DNA of 64,000 bases, from positions 372,001 through 436,000 of the forward strand of contig SMSO01000036.1 of NCBI GenBank assembly GCA_004764695.1, in the 5' to 3' direction. The translations under genes were made by a program, and so were the position numbers. Below the pieces are notes generated by a model. That model had not been told where the DNA came from. It did no database searches and saw only the letters and a program-made list of their open reading frames with translations. Every line of letters begins with the position of its first letter. The stretch's first letter is position 1. The stretch comes from Schizochytrium sp. TIO01. Lineage: Eukaryota; Protista; Bigyra: Labyrinthulomycetes. This document shows positions 61,386 through 64,000 of this stretch, piece after piece.

Positions 61386-62861
61386 ATGGTGCAGAGCGAA
61401 GGAGCTCCATCTAAGGAGTATCGCACTCTAACTGTGCTTGCCTCCTCAGGGGCGTGCCTGTAAGTGAAAAATAATGTCATGCTAGCGCTAGGTTTACTTT
61501 GTTTCTATGAATAATGATCGACTGACGAACAGGAATTTTGTACCTTGGCGTCCATGGGATGGGGCCGCCGTCTACTTCTTCGCCATTATGCTTGCAGCTA
61601 CCATCGCGTAGTTGGGACCAAGGGCGCAATTGACGAATCAGTCCTTGCAGGGTTTCACAATGCAATCGAATCTTTCACGGAGCGGCTCAAAAGGGTCTCA
61701 GAGCAGCGCATGGAACACCGTATGCAGCACATGGTCAGCACGGTCAAGGACAACGATGTTTTCTCAAGCCCGAGGCGAAGACAAGGTGGTCAAACACGTT
61801 GGGAAAACACAAATAATAACGTCTATGATACGAGATCAAGCAGTACGCAACATTCATCTCTTCGCGTGCTACAGGACTACGCCCCTCGCAGTACCTTTGC
61901 TTATGGTGATGATCGCTATATTTTTCAGCCCGTAGAATCTTTCGTGTTTGTCCTCAACGCACCTCGATCAAATGGAGAGCTTTCTGTGCTGCGTCAGCTT
62001 GACGATCTCGTCAGTCTTTGTGTACTCCTTTTTGGGCCTTCAGAAAAATGGAAGACATCTACATTGCGTCTGACTGGAATTGAGCGTATGATTGACGAGA
62101 TTTTGCTTCGAGGCTCCAATCCTGTCGCTGACCTTCTTGGGGGGGCACCTTTTGTATCGATGAGTAGTCAGACCCAAGAGCAAATCGACCAGCTTCTTGC
62201 GATGCTAGAGAACGATAGTTCGACATTGGGTAGTGTTTTGCTTGTGGGGAACAGCCTTCTGCACTCTCGCTTGAATATCGAAGAAACTTATCAGATCTGG
62301 CATTTAGTGCGACTTCAGCCGCTCGTGTATCAGCACATGCGTGTCACACCTGTGTATTCTGAGAACCAATGGAAAAATCTTGTTCTTTATCGGATGCGAT
62401 GGCATACGCTTTGCGTTCTTCAAGCAATTGACTGTGCTCTTGTTGATGTAGTGCCCAAGCTTGAGCGCTTCGACAAACACTTGAATGACCGCATGGCTCA
62501 GCTTCACGTCCCTATTGCTGACTCGCATCCGCATCTTGATGAGTTTGCGGGTCTTCAGACCTTGGCGGTGGCTTTCCACAGTGTTGAAAAGGGTCGAACT
62601 CTCGTACCTACACTTCGTGAAGACGCGACACAAACACAATATCAAGAAGTATTCCTCTGGTTTATCCAGCGAGCCCAGGCTCAAATGCAAGAATTATCTA
62701 TTGCACAAATCCAATTGTGCAAGGCAGGCTATCGCTTCTACGCAGCATCAGAAAATGGCTATGAGATTTACCTCTTGTGCGGAAACCAGTGTTCAGCTGC
62801 TGAAGTTGAAGACGAAGCGGATCGCATTGTTGCCCACATTCGTTTGACTCAAACTGTATAA
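61386..62861 (+). CDS. Tri-longin domain protein (FUZ/INTU/MON1/CCZ1/HPS family), 2 exons: 61386-61459 and 61598-62861, ~445 aa
   Basis: GTAAGT donor at 61460 and CTTGCAG acceptor ending at 61597 give in-frame TLTVLASSGACLYHRVVG...ESVLAGFHNAIESF (longin-1 start). Also LDDLVSLCVLLFGP and LGSVLLVGNSLLHSRL...TPVY (longin-2 like). Subfamily not resolved. Confidence 0.7.
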
Positions 62862-63129
62862 TATCATTTTCTTATTACAACTCTAGCTTTGGCATTTATT
62901 TGCCCTCGTTGTGGGATAAGTAGCTAGGTACTCGGTGATGACACCCAGTGAAACTATTTCTCCTCTCTATAACCTTAAGTCTTCCACTCATCTAATGTTT
63001 CAAGAGTGACAATGCATGTTTTTAGAATCACTTTATATGCTTCATAAGTCAAGTTAAAAGGGAAACATTTAAAAGAGCATTATGCTCGCTGTGTTTGTGA
63101 CAAAATAATACGCATGCGAATAGTTGAAA

Positions 63130-63888
63130 TTACAAGGCTACAGGAGCAGACCGAGAGGTAAACCCGTAAGGATCAGGAAGCTCAGGGGCAGCAAACGAGA
63201 CTTCTTTGGGCGCTCCATGAGCGGATGGGTCTTGACTAGCAGTGTTTGAAGAGGTCTTACTATTGCTTTTCCTTCTTGCTGGAGCAGGAACAGACGTGAT
63301 TCCAGGGTAGAGATCTTCGGTTTCACGATGCATATCGGCTAAGACAGTCTGAATCTGACGTTGCATTGAGCCAAGGCAATAGAACCCTGCTTCATGATGA
63401 AGTTCACGGAGACGTAGCTCATCCTGGGGAAGTGCTCCACTTTGTAGGTATGCTAAAATGTGACGAAATAAAAACCAGTCACGATCAAAGAAGAAGCACC
63501 CATCCTCCTCAGGCCTCAAAATAGAATCCTCTGGTGGTACACATGTTGCTGCAAGCAGTGAAAATCGGTCTTTTAAGAGTAATTTTGCAGTGATCTCAAA
63601 GATCTGCCCGCCCACATTGACACGGACAATGCGGTCCTGCACTTTAGGTGCATCTATACTCGTTGGAAACCACTCTTGAGAGACGAGTTTCTCAAACCTT
63701 TGCCGCTCTTTGTCGAGGCGTTCGCGCTCCTCTTCAAGATCTTTCCACTCATGCTTAAGCAGTGTGCGATGTCTTTCGAGCTGGTCTACTTCGTCCTGCA
63801 AGCTAGCCCAAGCCTGACCTATGGCTCGCGATTCCGCTCGTAAATCGCGCACGAGTGCCGCAGATGATGTATGCGAAGACCAAGACAT
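63130..63888 (-). CDS. KCTD-type BTB/POZ (T1) domain protein with N-terminal coiled coil (~252 aa)
   Basis: IVRVNVGGQIFE...FFFDRDWFLFRHILAYLQSG...EAGFYCL, preceded by the heptad-rich LQDEVDQLERHR...ERQRFEK. First ATG at 63888, although the frame is open further upstream. Confidence 0.9.
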   Translation of the reverse strand: MSWSSHTSSAALVRDLRAESRAIGQAWASLQDEVDQLERHRTLLKHEWKDLEEERERLDKERQRFEKLVSQEWFPTSIDAPKVQDRIVRVNVGGQIFEITAKLLLKDRFSLLAATCVPPEDSILRPEEDGCFFFDRDWFLFRHILAYLQSGALPQDELRLRELHHEAGFYCLGSMQRQIQTVLADMHRETEDLYPGITSVPAPARRKSNSKTSSNTASQDPSAHGAPKEVSFAAPELPDPYGFTSRSAPVAL

Positions 63889-64000
63889 CCTTCTTCCGTT
63901 GTATGGCACCAACACCTCTACACGCAAAGGGAGAGTTGTGTTATAAGGCACTTGTTGCGTCTTCGGGTACTCTCTTTTTGGCAACAGTCGTCGTGAAAAT

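Overview
Eukaryotic nuclear DNA with few introns, GC-moderate coding sequence and microsatellite-rich intergenic DNA. The style, together with a CatSper gene, suggests a flagellated protist such as a thraustochytrid (inference). Recognisable genes are CATSPER2, ISCU, UBC13, a ~2,900-aa soluble adenylyl-cyclase-family (ADCY10-like) STAND protein, a secreted Cys-rich tandem VWD-like protein, a GufA/ZIP11 zinc transporter, a tri-longin protein with a hidden first exon and a KCTD-type BTB protein, plus two orphan ORFs. Four coding frames break at short homopolymers and each is repaired by adding one base, which most likely reflects assembly deletions. Main leads: (1) an unidentified ~400-nt highly base-paired, plus-strand RNA-like element at 8.5-8.9 kb; (2) CatSper2 within 15 kb of a sAC-family cyclase whose specificity residues look non-adenylyl; (3) an A/C-skewed, foreign-looking island with two decayed genes, one a GT32 glycosyltransferase; (4) a ~15-kb ORF-free region upstream of the VWD-like gene. 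No CRISPR array, rRNA or intact tRNA was seen.
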